From Myxococcota bacterium (GTDB lineage Bacteria > Myxococcota > JACRCW01), in assembly GCA_040752415.1 (NCBI GenBank), contig JBFMGU010000006.1, positions 25,006 through 89,005 on the forward strand: a stretch of DNA of 64,000 nucleotides, written 5' to 3'. The first letter of the stretch is position 1. Every line of letters begins with the position of its first letter. Under the pieces are notes generated by a model. It was not told the DNA's origin. It ran no database searches and was given only the letters and a program-made list of their open reading frames with translations. Below are positions 20,198-29,399 of this stretch, piece after piece. The translations under genes were made by a program, and so were the position numbers.

Positions 20198-21058
20198 GTG
20201 GCGCGTCTTTCGTCTTTTGTTCGCATGGTGATCGGGCTGGCCTACCTGGCCCTGCTGGTGGCCGCGTTCATGGCGGTGTGTGTGGTGCTGCTGCCCTCGC
20301 GAACGGCGCGCATCAAGGTCTGCAACCTGTTTGGGCACGTCACCGGGCGCATCCTGCTGTGGCTGTGCGGCGCGCGCGTGACCGAGAACGTGCCGGCACT
20401 GATGAAGGCGCACAAGCCAGCGCTGTACCTCTCCAACCACAGCTCCATCCTGGACATCTTCATCGCCATCTGGTCGTGCCCGGTGGGGACGTGCGGCGTG
20501 GCCAAGAAGGAGATCGTCAAGTACCCGTTCTTCGGCCAGCTCTACTGGATCAGCGGTCACCTGCGGCTGGACCGCAGCAATCACCAGAGCGCAGTGACGG
20601 CGTTGAATGAGACGGCGGAGATGGTGCGTCGCAACAAGCTGGGCGTGTGGATGTGGCCGGAGGGGACGCGCTCCAAGGATGGTCGCCTCTTGCCGCTCAA
20701 GCGCGGCTTTGCGCACCTGGCCATGGTGACGCGCCTGCCCATTGTGCCGGTGGTGGTGAAGGGCGCGCACAAGGGCTGGGAGAAGAACACGCTGCTCATC
20801 CAGCCCACCAACGTGGAGATCTCCGTGCTGGACCCCATCTCCACCGAGGACTGGACGGCCGAGAACCTCGACGAGAAGGTGGCCATGGTGCAGCGCATCT
20901 TCAACGACGCGATGCCCGAGGACCAGAAGATGATCCCCCTCAGCGACGAGAAGCAGGCGCGTCGGGCCAAGGCCATGGCGCGTCTCAGCCGGCTCTCCGC
21001 CGCCGCTTCCCAGCCGCCCGCGGCGTCGCCCGCCGAGCCCACCACCGTCACGGCCTGA
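20198..21058 (+). CDS. 1-acyl-sn-glycerol-3-phosphate acyltransferase (PlsC family)
   Basis: NHSSILD, PEGTRS, LPIVPV; GGAGGAG RBS. Confidence 0.92.
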   Translation: MARLSSFVRMVIGLAYLALLVAAFMAVCVVLLPSRTARIKVCNLFGHVTGRILLWLCGARVTENVPALMKAHKPALYLSNHSSILDIFIAIWSCPVGTCGVAKKEIVKYPFFGQLYWISGHLRLDRSNHQSAVTALNETAEMVRRNKLGVWMWPEGTRSKDGRLLPLKRGFAHLAMVTRLPIVPVVVKGAHKGWEKNTLLIQPTNVEISVLDPISTEDWTAENLDEKVAMVQRIFNDAMPEDQKMIPLSDEKQARRAKAMARLSRLSAAASQPPAASPAEPTTVTA

Positions 21059-21118
21059 GCATTCCTCTTTCGCCATTCCGCAACCATCACCGCGCACCGG
21101 GGTGTGCAAGGTGGCGTC

Positions 21119-21916
21119 ATGCCTGACGTCGTGAACCGGGGGGTTCGCATCCATTACGACGTGCAGGGCACCGGTCCCACGGTGTTGCTGCTGGCCGGCC
21201 TGGGCTACGGCGGCTGGTACTGGCGTCACGTGCGCGCGCGTCTGTCGCCCCATTGCACCGTCGTCACGGTGGACAACCGCGGCTCCGACGGCTCCGACAA
21301 GCCCGCCGGTCCCTACACCACCGCGCTGCTGGCCGAGGACGCCGCGGCGGTGCTGGACGTGTTGGGCCGTCTCTCGACGACGGTGGTGGGGCACTCGCTG
21401 GGTGGGCTGATTGCGCAGGAGCTGGCGCTGGCGCGGCCGGACCTGGTGGGCAGGCTGGTGTTGATGTCGACGCATCACGGCGGGTGGCAGGCCATTCCGG
21501 TCACGCCCGCGGCGTTGGCGGTGATGCTGGACCGCAGTGGGAGCGCGCAGGAGGTGTTCCAGCGCGGCATGGCGGTGGCCACCGCGCCGGGTTTCTCGAC
21601 GTCACACCCGGAGCTGGTGGAGGAGCTGCGGGCCTACCGCGCCGGCGGGCCGGTCCCCGCGTCCGCGTACACCGCGCAGCTGATGGCGGGCGCTGGCCAC
21701 GACGCCGCGAGCCGGCTCTCACGCATCAGCTGTGACGTGCTGGTCCTCGCCGGCGCGTTGGACCAGGTGGTGCCGGTGGGAAACGTGGAGCTGCTGCGCA
21801 AGCGGATGCCGCACGCGGTGACCCACGTCTTTCCGCGCGCAGGCCACCTGCTGGGCTGGGAGGAAATCGACGACGTCAGCGACCAGATCCTGCGCTGGGT
21901 CCGCGCGGCGTCGTGA
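21119..21916 (+). CDS. Alpha/beta hydrolase (PcaD/MhpC-like)
   Basis: DNRG...S, GHSLGG.IAQ, G..DQVVP, AGH. Confidence 0.9.
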   Translation: MPDVVNRGVRIHYDVQGTGPTVLLLAGLGYGGWYWRHVRARLSPHCTVVTVDNRGSDGSDKPAGPYTTALLAEDAAAVLDVLGRLSTTVVGHSLGGLIAQELALARPDLVGRLVLMSTHHGGWQAIPVTPAALAVMLDRSGSAQEVFQRGMAVATAPGFSTSHPELVEELRAYRAGGPVPASAYTAQLMAGAGHDAASRLSRISCDVLVLAGALDQVVPVGNVELLRKRMPHAVTHVFPRAGHLLGWEEIDDVSDQILRWVRAAS

Positions 21917-22000
21917 GCGCGTGCATCACGGTGCCACGGACATGGTGCTCAGCGACGGTAGCTGATGGGCATTGGTTGTCGCTGCGCGCGTCCATGGGCC

Positions 22001-22024
22001 GTGGCGCAGTCATTCTTGCCTGCG
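22001..22024 (+). repeat. REP-like palindrome GTGGCGC...CATT...CTGCG, copy 1
   Basis: Matches 23621-23644 (reverse) and 23711-23734. Confidence 0.7.
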
Positions 22025-22059
22025 ATTCCGCGTGCAAGGGCCATCACTTTCGCGGGTTG

Positions 22060-22135
22060 TCACCACGCGCGCACGCCCGGGATGGGAATCCGCAGGGGCA
22101 GGGTCCTCTGGGCGTTCACCGCGCCCGGGATGTGG
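22060..22135 (-). pseudogene. Remnant of the sulfurtransferase gene (internal HIPGAVN motif fused to its last 16 codons)
   Basis: 22060-22111 matches 23846-23897; 22113-22135 matches 24136-24158. Confidence 0.8.
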
Positions 22136-22330
22136 AATTCGTAGGTAATGTAAAACAGGGGTGGACTCGGTCTCACCCAGGACGAGCGCGGATTGCCAGG
22201 ACGTGTGCCGCAGCGAACGCGGACATGCAGCGCAAGTGTTGCGGGATCTTCGCTCCGGAGAACGCGCGTGACGACGGGTACAGCGTGGCACGTGCTCCAC
22301 CGCGACGCCGGCGCACGCGTTGCTGCGCGG

Positions 22331-22840
22331 TCACCCTTGCTTGAGGGATTCCACCACGGCGGAGAGTTGGACCATGGATTCCCGCATCCCTTCTTCCATG
22401 CCCGTGGCAATGACCTGGTCCCGCACTTCCTTGGACGGATAAGTGGAACGGGACGTCATGGTGGTCCTTCCGCCGTTCTCCGTCAAAGTCACCGTCACGG
22501 TGGCGGCCGCGTCCGGGAACGGGTCGAAGATTTCGGTGTTCACCACGCGGTGCGGCGCGTCGATCTCCAGGTACTTCCCGTGGAAGCCCACGTCCATCCC
22601 GTCGTGGGTGCGCATGGCAAAGCGCCAGCTACCGCCCACGCGGAAATCGATCTTGCATTCCGTCATCTTTCCCTTGGACGCGGGCGACCACCACTTGCTC
22701 ACAAGCTCCGGCTCATTCATCGCGCGGAAAACCAGGCGCAGGGGCGCGTTGAAGCTGCGCGTGATGAGAATCTCCCGATCCGCGGGGAGCTCCAGCGTGG
22801 TGCTGTCATTGACGGAATCTTGAGCGGTTCTTGCTTGCAT
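22331..22840 (-). CDS. SRPBCC/AHSA1 (START-like) domain protein
   Basis: EILITRSFNAP..LVF.A..PE...WW; DFRVGG.WRF; GMEEGM. Confidence 0.92.
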   Translation of the reverse strand: MQARTAQDSVNDSTTLELPADREILITRSFNAPLRLVFRAMNEPELVSKWWSPASKGKMTECKIDFRVGGSWRFAMRTHDGMDVGFHGKYLEIDAPHRVVNTEIFDPFPDAAATVTVTLTENGGRTTMTSRSTYPSKEVRDQVIATGMEEGMRESMVQLSAVVESLKQG

Positions 22841-23222
22841 GGCTTTTCCTCTCCTTGTTGTGGGTGTGCCGACCGGAGTGGCCGGACGTGGCTTTGCCGA
22901 CGGCGCCCGACTCGGAGCGCTTCAGCTCCTCCAGCACCTCATCCATCTGTGTGAAGCGTTCTTCCCAGAGCTGGCGGTACCGCTCCGTCCACGCGTGCAA
23001 CTCACGGATGGGCGCAGGGCGAAGCTCATACACGCGCTGCTGCGCATGCGGTTGCATGTCCACCAGGCCCGCTTCCTTGAGCACCTTCAAATGCTTGGAG
23101 ACTTGCGGCTGACGGATGTTGAGCTGGTCCCCAATCTCCCCCACGGGGCGGGCTCCGCTCAGGAGCAGCTCGACAATGCGGAAGCGGTTGGGCTCGGCCA
23201 GGGCCGCGAAGGTGGCGTGCAT
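22806..23222 (-). CDS. ArsR/SmtB-family transcriptional regulator
   Basis: FAALAEPNR..I..LL; QPQVSKHLKVLKEAGLV; upstream TATTC-N8-GAATA palindrome at 23231-23248. Confidence 0.92.
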   Translation of the reverse strand: MHATFAALAEPNRFRIVELLLSGARPVGEIGDQLNIRQPQVSKHLKVLKEAGLVDMQPHAQQRVYELRPAPIRELHAWTERYRQLWEERFTQMDEVLEELKRSESGAVGKATSGHSGRHTHNKERKSHASKNRSRFRQ

Positions 23223-23316
23223 GGTCAATATATTCTCCATTACGAATAGTCGTGTCAAGGAATATTTACGGGCAACGCCCGCCGCTGCGGAGACAGAGCA
23301 GCGCGTCGATGTTGAC

Positions 23317-23613
23317 TACGACGTGGAGGGCACCGGTCCCACGGTGTTGCTGCTGGCCGGCCTGGGCTACGGCGGCTGGTACTGGCGTCACGTACGCGCG
23401 CGGCTGTTGCCGCACTGCTCCGTCGTCACCGTGGACAACTGCGGCTCCGACGGCTCCGAGAAGCCCGCCGGTCCCTACACCACCGCGCTGCTGGCCGAGG
23501 ACCCGGCGGCGGTGCTGGACGCGCTGGGACGTTTCTCGACGACGGTGGTGGGGCGCTCGCTGGGCGGACTGATTGCGCAGGAGTTGGCCGTGGCGCCGTC
23601 GGACCTCGTCGGC
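23317..23613 (+). pseudogene. Truncated duplicate of the 5' part of the hydrolase at 21119
   Basis: Collinear, indel-free match to 21155-21451; GHSLGG became GRSLGG; C-terminal two-thirds missing. Confidence 0.88.
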
Positions 23614-23620
23614 TGCGGCT

Positions 23621-23734
23621 CGCAGACAAGAATGTCCGCGCCACAGCTTGAGAGCCAATGGAGCTCCCGCCGACGACCCCCGTGAAGTCGCTGGGCGCCG
23701 CAAGAGGTCCGTGGCGCGGACATTTCTGCCTGCG
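23621..23734. repeat. Pair of REP-like palindromes in opposite orientation
   Basis: CGCAGACAAGAATGTCCGCGCCAC (23621-23644) and GTGGCGCGGACATTTCTGCCTGCG (23711-23734). Confidence 0.75.
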
Positions 23735-23845
23735 ATCCGCGGCGACGCGGCTCACCGTCAGCCTGCAGCCTCGTTGGGCGATCGTTGGACGGGGTGCGGT
23801 ATCGACGAGGACTTCGATCCAGTCGTTTCTCTCCGCGCCGGCTCC

Positions 23846-24793
23846 CTACCACGCGCGCACGCCCGGAATGGGAATCCGCAGAGGCAGGGTCCTCTGGTCG
23901 AAGAGTCTGCGCGTCTCGTCGCTGACCCACTCCTGCAATGAGCCCTCGAACATCCGCGTCTCGAACCCGAGGTAACGCGAGACGAAGTACAACCAGCTCG
24001 CATCCACGCCCGTGGTGGCGTACGGCACCATCACGTTCCTCCACTCCGCACCGGCGTCGCGGAACAGCTGTCGCAGCTCCTGCGGGCTCTTGAGATACGG
24101 CAGGTCCAGCGAGGTCACCGTGTCCTGCCAGAACACGTTCACCGCGCCGGGAATGTGGCCCGCGCGCGCCATGCCCTCGGACAGCACCGCACCCAGGTAC
24201 TCGTCGGGGGAGCGCGCGTCGATGAAGCTGATGGCGGGCTCGAAGAGGCGGTCGGAGACCCAGGAGGCGTCGACCATGCGCTCCAACTGGGGCATCACCG
24301 TCAGGTTGCCGTAGATACGCTCGGGCACGTCGGGAATGGCGGGGAGGCCCACGTCACGCCAGCCCGCCAGGCCGCCGTTGAGGATGGCCGTGCGCGCACC
24401 GTGGCCCATGAGGTCCAGCAGGAAGAACGCACGCGCCGCGGCATGGGGTGGTCCGTAAAGGATGATGCGCGCGCTGTCGTCGAGGCCCACGTAGCGGAAC
24501 GCGGTCTCCAGGTCCTCGAACGCGGGGAAGCGTGGCAGCTGTCCCTCCACGGGGCGCATCAACGCCTCGAGAGAGAGGAAGCGCGCGCCGGGGATGTGCT
24601 CCTCGCGGTAGCTCGAGATGTCCTCGCCCACCTCGATGATCTTGACCGCGGGGTTCTCCAGGTTGTCGCGCAGCCAGTCCGCGCCGACGAGCAGGTCACC
24701 CTGCACCGGGGGCGGACGCGCCTGCATGACGTCGCCACACGCGGCGGACAGGAAGAACAGACAACCAGCGGAAAGTGCCTTGAGCCGTATCAT
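23846..24793 (-). CDS. Tandem-domain sulfurtransferase (SseA-like) lipoprotein; catalytic Cys replaced
   Basis: SAAC lipobox; HIPGA twice; LNGG...W; DARS..EY.G; FEGS..EW. Confidence 0.88.
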   Translation of the reverse strand: MIRLKALSAGCLFFLSAACGDVMQARPPPVQGDLLVGADWLRDNLENPAVKIIEVGEDISSYREEHIPGARFLSLEALMRPVEGQLPRFPAFEDLETAFRYVGLDDSARIILYGPPHAAARAFFLLDLMGHGARTAILNGGLAGWRDVGLPAIPDVPERIYGNLTVMPQLERMVDASWVSDRLFEPAISFIDARSPDEYLGAVLSEGMARAGHIPGAVNVFWQDTVTSLDLPYLKSPQELRQLFRDAGAEWRNVMVPYATTGVDASWLYFVSRYLGFETRMFEGSLQEWVSDETRRLFDQRTLPLRIPIPGVRAW

Positions 24794-24930
24794 GATGCCC
24801 TCGCCATCACGGGCGGCGGACCAGGTACGGTGATGAGCACACGGCAGCCGCCGCGCCCTGAGTGGGGATGTAGCCCCCGCTCCCCCGGCGGCAACAGCAG
24901 CGTGTCCGTGTCAGCGACGGAGCAGCGAGC

Positions 24931-26916
24931 TCACATGGCCTCGGGCGCGCGCACGCCCAGCAGCGCCAGGCCGCGCGCCAGCGTGTTGCGCACCGCGTCC
25001 ATGAGGTGCAGGCGCGCGGCGCGCACGGGGTCGTTGGGATCCTCCAGCAGCACGCGCTTGCTGCGGTCCTGGTTGCCGCTGGTGAGGTAGCTGGCGGTGG
25101 CCTGCGCAATGTCCATGATGGCGCGCGTCACCAACGAGGGCTCGAACGACTCACACGCCTCCGCCACCACGTCGGGGAAACTGGCCAGCGCCAGGATCAC
25201 CGCGCGCTCCTCCTCCAGCTTCAGCAGCGCCGTGTCCGCCGTGGCCGGAACGCCGCCACCCTTCTTGATGATGCTGCAGGCGCGCGCGTGGCTGAACTGG
25301 ATGTACGGCCCGGAGAAGCCGTCAAAGTTGATGGCCTCCTCCAGCTTGAAGGTGTAGTCGCTCATGCGGAGGTTGCGCAGGTCACCAAACACCACCGCGC
25401 CCACGCCAATGGCCTCCACCGTCTCGTCGAGGTGGGAGCGGTCGATCTTCTCGGAGGCCTCGCAGATCTCGCGCGCCTTCTGCACCGCCTCGTCCAGCAC
25501 CTCGTCCAGGAACACCACGTTGCCGCGGCGCGTGCTCATGCCGTGCACCCGGCCAAAGGCAATGTGCGAGATGCGCTCCGCCCAGGGGAAGCCCATGGCG
25601 CCCAGCGTGCGCTTGAGCTGGTCAAAGTGCAGCGACTGGTCCGCCGCCACGACGTACAGCGAGCGGTCGAAGTTGAAACGCTGGTGGCGGTCCATGGCCG
25701 CGGCGATGTCGCGCGTGACGTAGAGCGTGGTGCCGTCGCGGGTCTTGAGGATGACCGGCGGCTCGCCCTCCTTGTACGGGAGGTCCACCACGGTGGCGCC
25801 TTCGCTGATGCGGGTGCCGGGCTTCTCCGCCACGCGCTTGACGGTGTCCTCCAGCACGTGGGTGTAGAAGCTCTCACCTTCCAGCGCGTGGAACTGGATG
25901 CCCATGCGCTTGTACACGCGCTCGAACTCCGCCACCGACGTCTCGCGGTACTCCTTCCACTCGGCCAGCGCCTCCTTCTCACCCTCTTCGAGACGCTTGA
26001 GGAACAGGCGCGCCTCGCGGTCGCGCGCTTCCGCCTCGGGCAGCTCCGCTTCCGCCTTCTTCTTCTCGGCGTCCAGCTCGGCGTACCAGGCCTCCAGGCC
26101 CGTCAGCGGGTCCCCGCTCTCCATTCCCCGACGGGCGCGCAGCTTCTTCTCCAGGCCCTTCACCTTCCCTTCGGCACTCTTCTTGGCCTTGGGGTCGGTG
26201 GCCTTCTCCGCTTCCGCGCGCGCGGCGGTCAGCTCCGCCACCTGCTTGCGGACCTCCTCGGGCGCGGCAATGGCGGCCTTGCGACCTTCCACGTCGGCGT
26301 CGCGGTTGGCCTTCACGTACACCTCAACCAGGTGCTTGGCATCCGCGCGCCGCTTGGGGTCTCCGTAGCGACGGAAACCGGTGGCGAGCAGACCAAACTG
26401 CTTGCCCCAGTCGCCCAGGTAGTTGATGCCCACCACCTTCCATCCCTGCGCCGCGTGCAGGCGACCAATGGCCGCGCCAATCACCGTCGAGCGGATGTGG
26501 TGGAAGGCCAGCGGCTTGGCGATGTTGGGCGAGGAGAAATCGATCACCACCGTGCGACCACGTCCCGCCTCGGAGGTGCCGTAGTCGCCCTTGCGCGCCT
26601 CGGTGAGGACGGCGCCGGCCAGCGCGGCGGGAGCAATGTGCACGTTGACGTAGGGGCCCACCGCCTCCACGCGCGCCCAGCGTGCATCCTTGCCCGCCGC
26701 GTCGGCAACGCGCTTGGCCAGCTCGGGGGGCTGCAGCTTCAGCCGACGGGCGAGGTCGAACGCGGGCAACGCGAGGTCACCGCGGCCCGCCTCGGGGATG
26801 CGGATCTGCTTGAGGAGCGCCTCCAGCGCGGAGGCCTTGTCTGCGTCGGGAATGCCGGCCACGTCCACGGCGGTGCTGGCCAGGGCGTGACGGAAGGATG
26901 CCAGGGGAGATGCCAT
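24931..26916 (-). CDS. argS: Arginine--tRNA ligase with large insertion
   Basis: IDFSSPNIAKP...HIRST.IG; NYLGDWGKQFG; DGTTLY.TRD.AA; MSTRRG; GPYIQF.HARA.SI; DALR-type C-terminus. Confidence 0.95.
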   Translation of the reverse strand: MASPLASFRHALASTAVDVAGIPDADKASALEALLKQIRIPEAGRGDLALPAFDLARRLKLQPPELAKRVADAAGKDARWARVEAVGPYVNVHIAPAALAGAVLTEARKGDYGTSEAGRGRTVVIDFSSPNIAKPLAFHHIRSTVIGAAIGRLHAAQGWKVVGINYLGDWGKQFGLLATGFRRYGDPKRRADAKHLVEVYVKANRDADVEGRKAAIAAPEEVRKQVAELTAARAEAEKATDPKAKKSAEGKVKGLEKKLRARRGMESGDPLTGLEAWYAELDAEKKKAEAELPEAEARDREARLFLKRLEEGEKEALAEWKEYRETSVAEFERVYKRMGIQFHALEGESFYTHVLEDTVKRVAEKPGTRISEGATVVDLPYKEGEPPVILKTRDGTTLYVTRDIAAAMDRHQRFNFDRSLYVVAADQSLHFDQLKRTLGAMGFPWAERISHIAFGRVHGMSTRRGNVVFLDEVLDEAVQKAREICEASEKIDRSHLDETVEAIGVGAVVFGDLRNLRMSDYTFKLEEAINFDGFSGPYIQFSHARACSIIKKGGGVPATADTALLKLEEERAVILALASFPDVVAEACESFEPSLVTRAIMDIAQATASYLTSGNQDRSKRVLLEDPNDPVRAARLHLMDAVRNTLARGLALLGVRAPEAM

Positions 26917-26991
26917 GATGCGGGGCAAGTAGAGGACAGCGGACGGTTTGGCAACGGGCTGGCGACGTCCCGGGGCCCGCTCGGCCGTGCG

Positions 26992-27537
26992 TCACCTCCG
27001 CGCCGCGGCAAGCGTGGCCTCCACCCACGACGTGACGTCGGCCAGCGCGTCCAACACCAGCATTCCCGTCGTGTTCCACGGCACCGACGTTGTTCCAGGC
27101 AGGTAGACCACCAGCGGCTTGGCGTAACGCCGTGCCAGCGCCACCTCGCTCGCGGTGCCCAGCCCGCCGGGCAGCGCCACGATGACGTCGGAGCTGAGCA
27201 CGTTGATGTGGTTGCGGCTCATGGGTTCCATGCCCTGCGCGCCGCTGAGCGGGAGATGCGTGTGCAGCGCCAGCTCGACGTGCGGATGGGGATACCCCTC
27301 CCGCGGGTGGTGGCCATGCGCATCCACCTCGCCGGGAATGACGCCCAGACACAGGCCAGCGCGCGGCGTGACGGAACAGAAACCCCGGCTCACCGACGTC
27401 ATCACGCCACAGCCACCGCCGGTCAGCAGGTGGTATCCCCGCGTGGCAATCCAGCGTCCCAGCGGCTCGGCCCAACTCGGGTGCTCGTCGGTGCCGGAGC
27501 CCATCACGCCCACCACGGGACGACGTCCGCTGCTCAT
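26992..27537 (-). CDS. SLOG/LOG-like Rossmann nucleotide-binding protein
   Basis: VGVMGSG; LLTGGG.GVM; SRN.IN; ALPGG.GTASEV. Confidence 0.85.
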   Translation of the reverse strand: MSSGRRPVVGVMGSGTDEHPSWAEPLGRWIATRGYHLLTGGGCGVMTSVSRGFCSVTPRAGLCLGVIPGEVDAHGHHPREGYPHPHVELALHTHLPLSGAQGMEPMSRNHINVLSSDVIVALPGGLGTASEVALARRYAKPLVVYLPGTTSVPWNTTGMLVLDALADVTSWVEATLAAARR

Positions 27538-27592
27538 GCGCGTGCTCCTCGTCGTGTGCGCATCCTGCTGCCGGACCCAACGGCGTTGCAAT

Positions 27593-28177
27593 TCACGCCG
27601 ACGTGCCGCGCGTGCTCCTGGCCCATTGCGGCGCCTGATCACCCACGCGCACCACGATGACGCAGTTGGGCGCGCCCCCGTGCATGCACTGCCGCTCCAC
27701 CATGCCCACCGGCTCGTCGTAGTGGCGCGCCAGCGCGGTGATGATGCCCTTGGCCACGCCGCACATCTTCCGCGCGGAGCCGTAGGTGATGGTGACCTCG
27801 TCGGTGCCGCTGCGGTTGCACACCAGCTCCGGCGGCGCCGCCCCCTTGTTCTCGATCTGCACCACGCGATGGATGGCCCCCTGCGTGTTCAGCAGGACGT
27901 CCAATGTCCGCCACTCCGGCTTGATGAGCCGCTGGTACTTCTTGACGAGGTTGGGACCGATGAACTCACCGAACGCCTCCAGCAGCACCGGCACCGGCTT
28001 CCCCGTCAGGCGTGACGCCGTGGTCACCAGCGCCAACGCATCCGCGTCGGGATACCGCTCCATGGGCAGGAACATCCTCCCGGACATGCCGGCGGCCTTC
28101 AGCAGCTCATCCCATGCTTTCTCGCCCAGGTTCGCGCCCACAAAGGCGCGCAGCTCGGCGAAGATGACGCCATGCAT
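27593..28177 (-). CDS. Heme NO-binding (H-NOX) domain protein
   Basis: MHGVIF..L..FV; Y.D; FGEF; proximal IH; Y-x-S-x-R (YGSAR). Confidence 0.88.
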   Translation of the reverse strand: MHGVIFAELRAFVGANLGEKAWDELLKAAGMSGRMFLPMERYPDADALALVTTASRLTGKPVPVLLEAFGEFIGPNLVKKYQRLIKPEWRTLDVLLNTQGAIHRVVQIENKGAAPPELVCNRSGTDEVTITYGSARKMCGVAKGIITALARHYDEPVGMVERQCMHGGAPNCVIVVRVGDQAPQWARSTRGTSA

Positions 28178-28255
28178 TGTGTGTCCCTTCAGTTCACGTC
28201 GACGTGCGGGAGCGCCAGTCAAACCCGGCACAGCGCGTCCCAACCAGCGTTGGCG

Positions 28256-29320
28256 TCATCGACCGGTGGTGCCGCGCAGCCGCCGCTCCAGGGGATGTTC
28301 CACCACGACGTGGAGCAGCCACGCCGCCACCACCGACGCGCCCACCATGGCCAGCGCCACACCCAGCTGGTGCGGAAGCGGCAACACGCCGAGCGGTCCC
28401 CACCAAGCATGGAACACCTGCGCCAGGGGCAGGATCACCAGCTGCACGTGCACCAGGTAGAACGCGTAGGACCACATCCCCAGTTTCACCATCACCCTCG
28501 ACGTGCGGGGCGCCTCCGCGTCCAGGTTCTCCTGCGCCACCGCGGCAATGAGCAGGGCGTACGGCACCAAGGTCACCGACGCGTAGCGGAACGACTCCGG
28601 CACCACGCCCGCCACCAGGTACGCCAACACCGCCAGCACCAGCGCCACCGGCGCGCGCACCGGCGCCCGCGTTCCTTGCAGCATCTCCACCGCCACCAGC
28701 GCGCCGAGGAGGAACTCCGGGAGCCGGCCGAGGGGAAGGATGTAGACCAGCCACTGGCTCGTCGAGAAACCCTCCACGGGATGACACGCCCAGGCCAGCG
28801 CCACGGTGATAACGACCAGGAACACCATCAACGCGCGGCGCGGTGTCGTCGGGAGCGTGGTGAGGCGCGGCAGGATGAACGGGAACACCGCGTAGAAGAA
28901 GGCTTCACAGCTCAGGGACCAGGAGACGTTGTTGACGGCGTAGTAGACGCTGGGCTGCGGCACCCAGGCCTGCACCAGCACCAACGACGGATACACAATC
29001 CACGGCAACGCCCCCACGTGGTAGACCAACCGCCCCGCCGCGATGAGCCAGGTGACGAGGTGCGCGGGATACACCCGGGCGAAGCGGCGCCGCCAGAAAC
29101 GCCGCGGCGTGTCGTCGGACGGGTGCGACCAGGCGAGCACGAAGCCGCTGAGGATGAAGAAGAACGAGACGCCGGTCAGGCCCTGCCGCAGGAACGGCGC
29201 GAATTCACCGCTGAGGATGCCGTAGGCCTGCAGGTGGAACCCCGCTACCAGCAACGCGGCCCAGAAGCGCAGACCGGTCAGCGACTCCAGCCGTCGTCGT
29301 CGCTGCGGCGCGGGCTCCAT
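28256..29320 (-). CDS. Acyltransferase family 3 (OafA-like) membrane protein
   Basis: LTGLRF.AA..V..FH; GV..FF.LSGFVL; RRRFAR.YP; WSLS.E..FY; SYAFYL.H. Confidence 0.92.
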   Translation of the reverse strand: MEPAPQRRRRLESLTGLRFWAALLVAGFHLQAYGILSGEFAPFLRQGLTGVSFFFILSGFVLAWSHPSDDTPRRFWRRRFARVYPAHLVTWLIAAGRLVYHVGALPWIVYPSLVLVQAWVPQPSVYYAVNNVSWSLSCEAFFYAVFPFILPRLTTLPTTPRRALMVFLVVITVALAWACHPVEGFSTSQWLVYILPLGRLPEFLLGALVAVEMLQGTRAPVRAPVALVLAVLAYLVAGVVPESFRYASVTLVPYALLIAAVAQENLDAEAPRTSRVMVKLGMWSYAFYLVHVQLVILPLAQVFHAWWGPLGVLPLPHQLGVALAMVGASVVAAWLLHVVVEHPLERRLRGTTGR

Positions 29321-29399
29321 GGAAACTGTGTACCGACGGGCGGAAGGCGGCGTCAAACCGCGCTTGACCCCGCGACACCCGTGCACGATGGGTCCACGC

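Noticed and set aside
23116..23685. 189-aa hydrolase-like ORF
   Set aside because: Only the middle is a truncated duplicate; it lacks the catalytic Asp/His half and overlaps ArsR, so it is treated as a pseudogene fragment.
23990..24035. Possible selenocysteine at the sulfurtransferase active site
   Set aside because: The codon is GCC (Ala), not TGA.
25006..27660. Long antisense ORFs (also 34610-36676, 43752-46310, 61490-63847, 50096-51790)
   Set aside because: Shadow frames opposite well-supported genes; expected from high-GC3 codon bias; no recognisable motifs.
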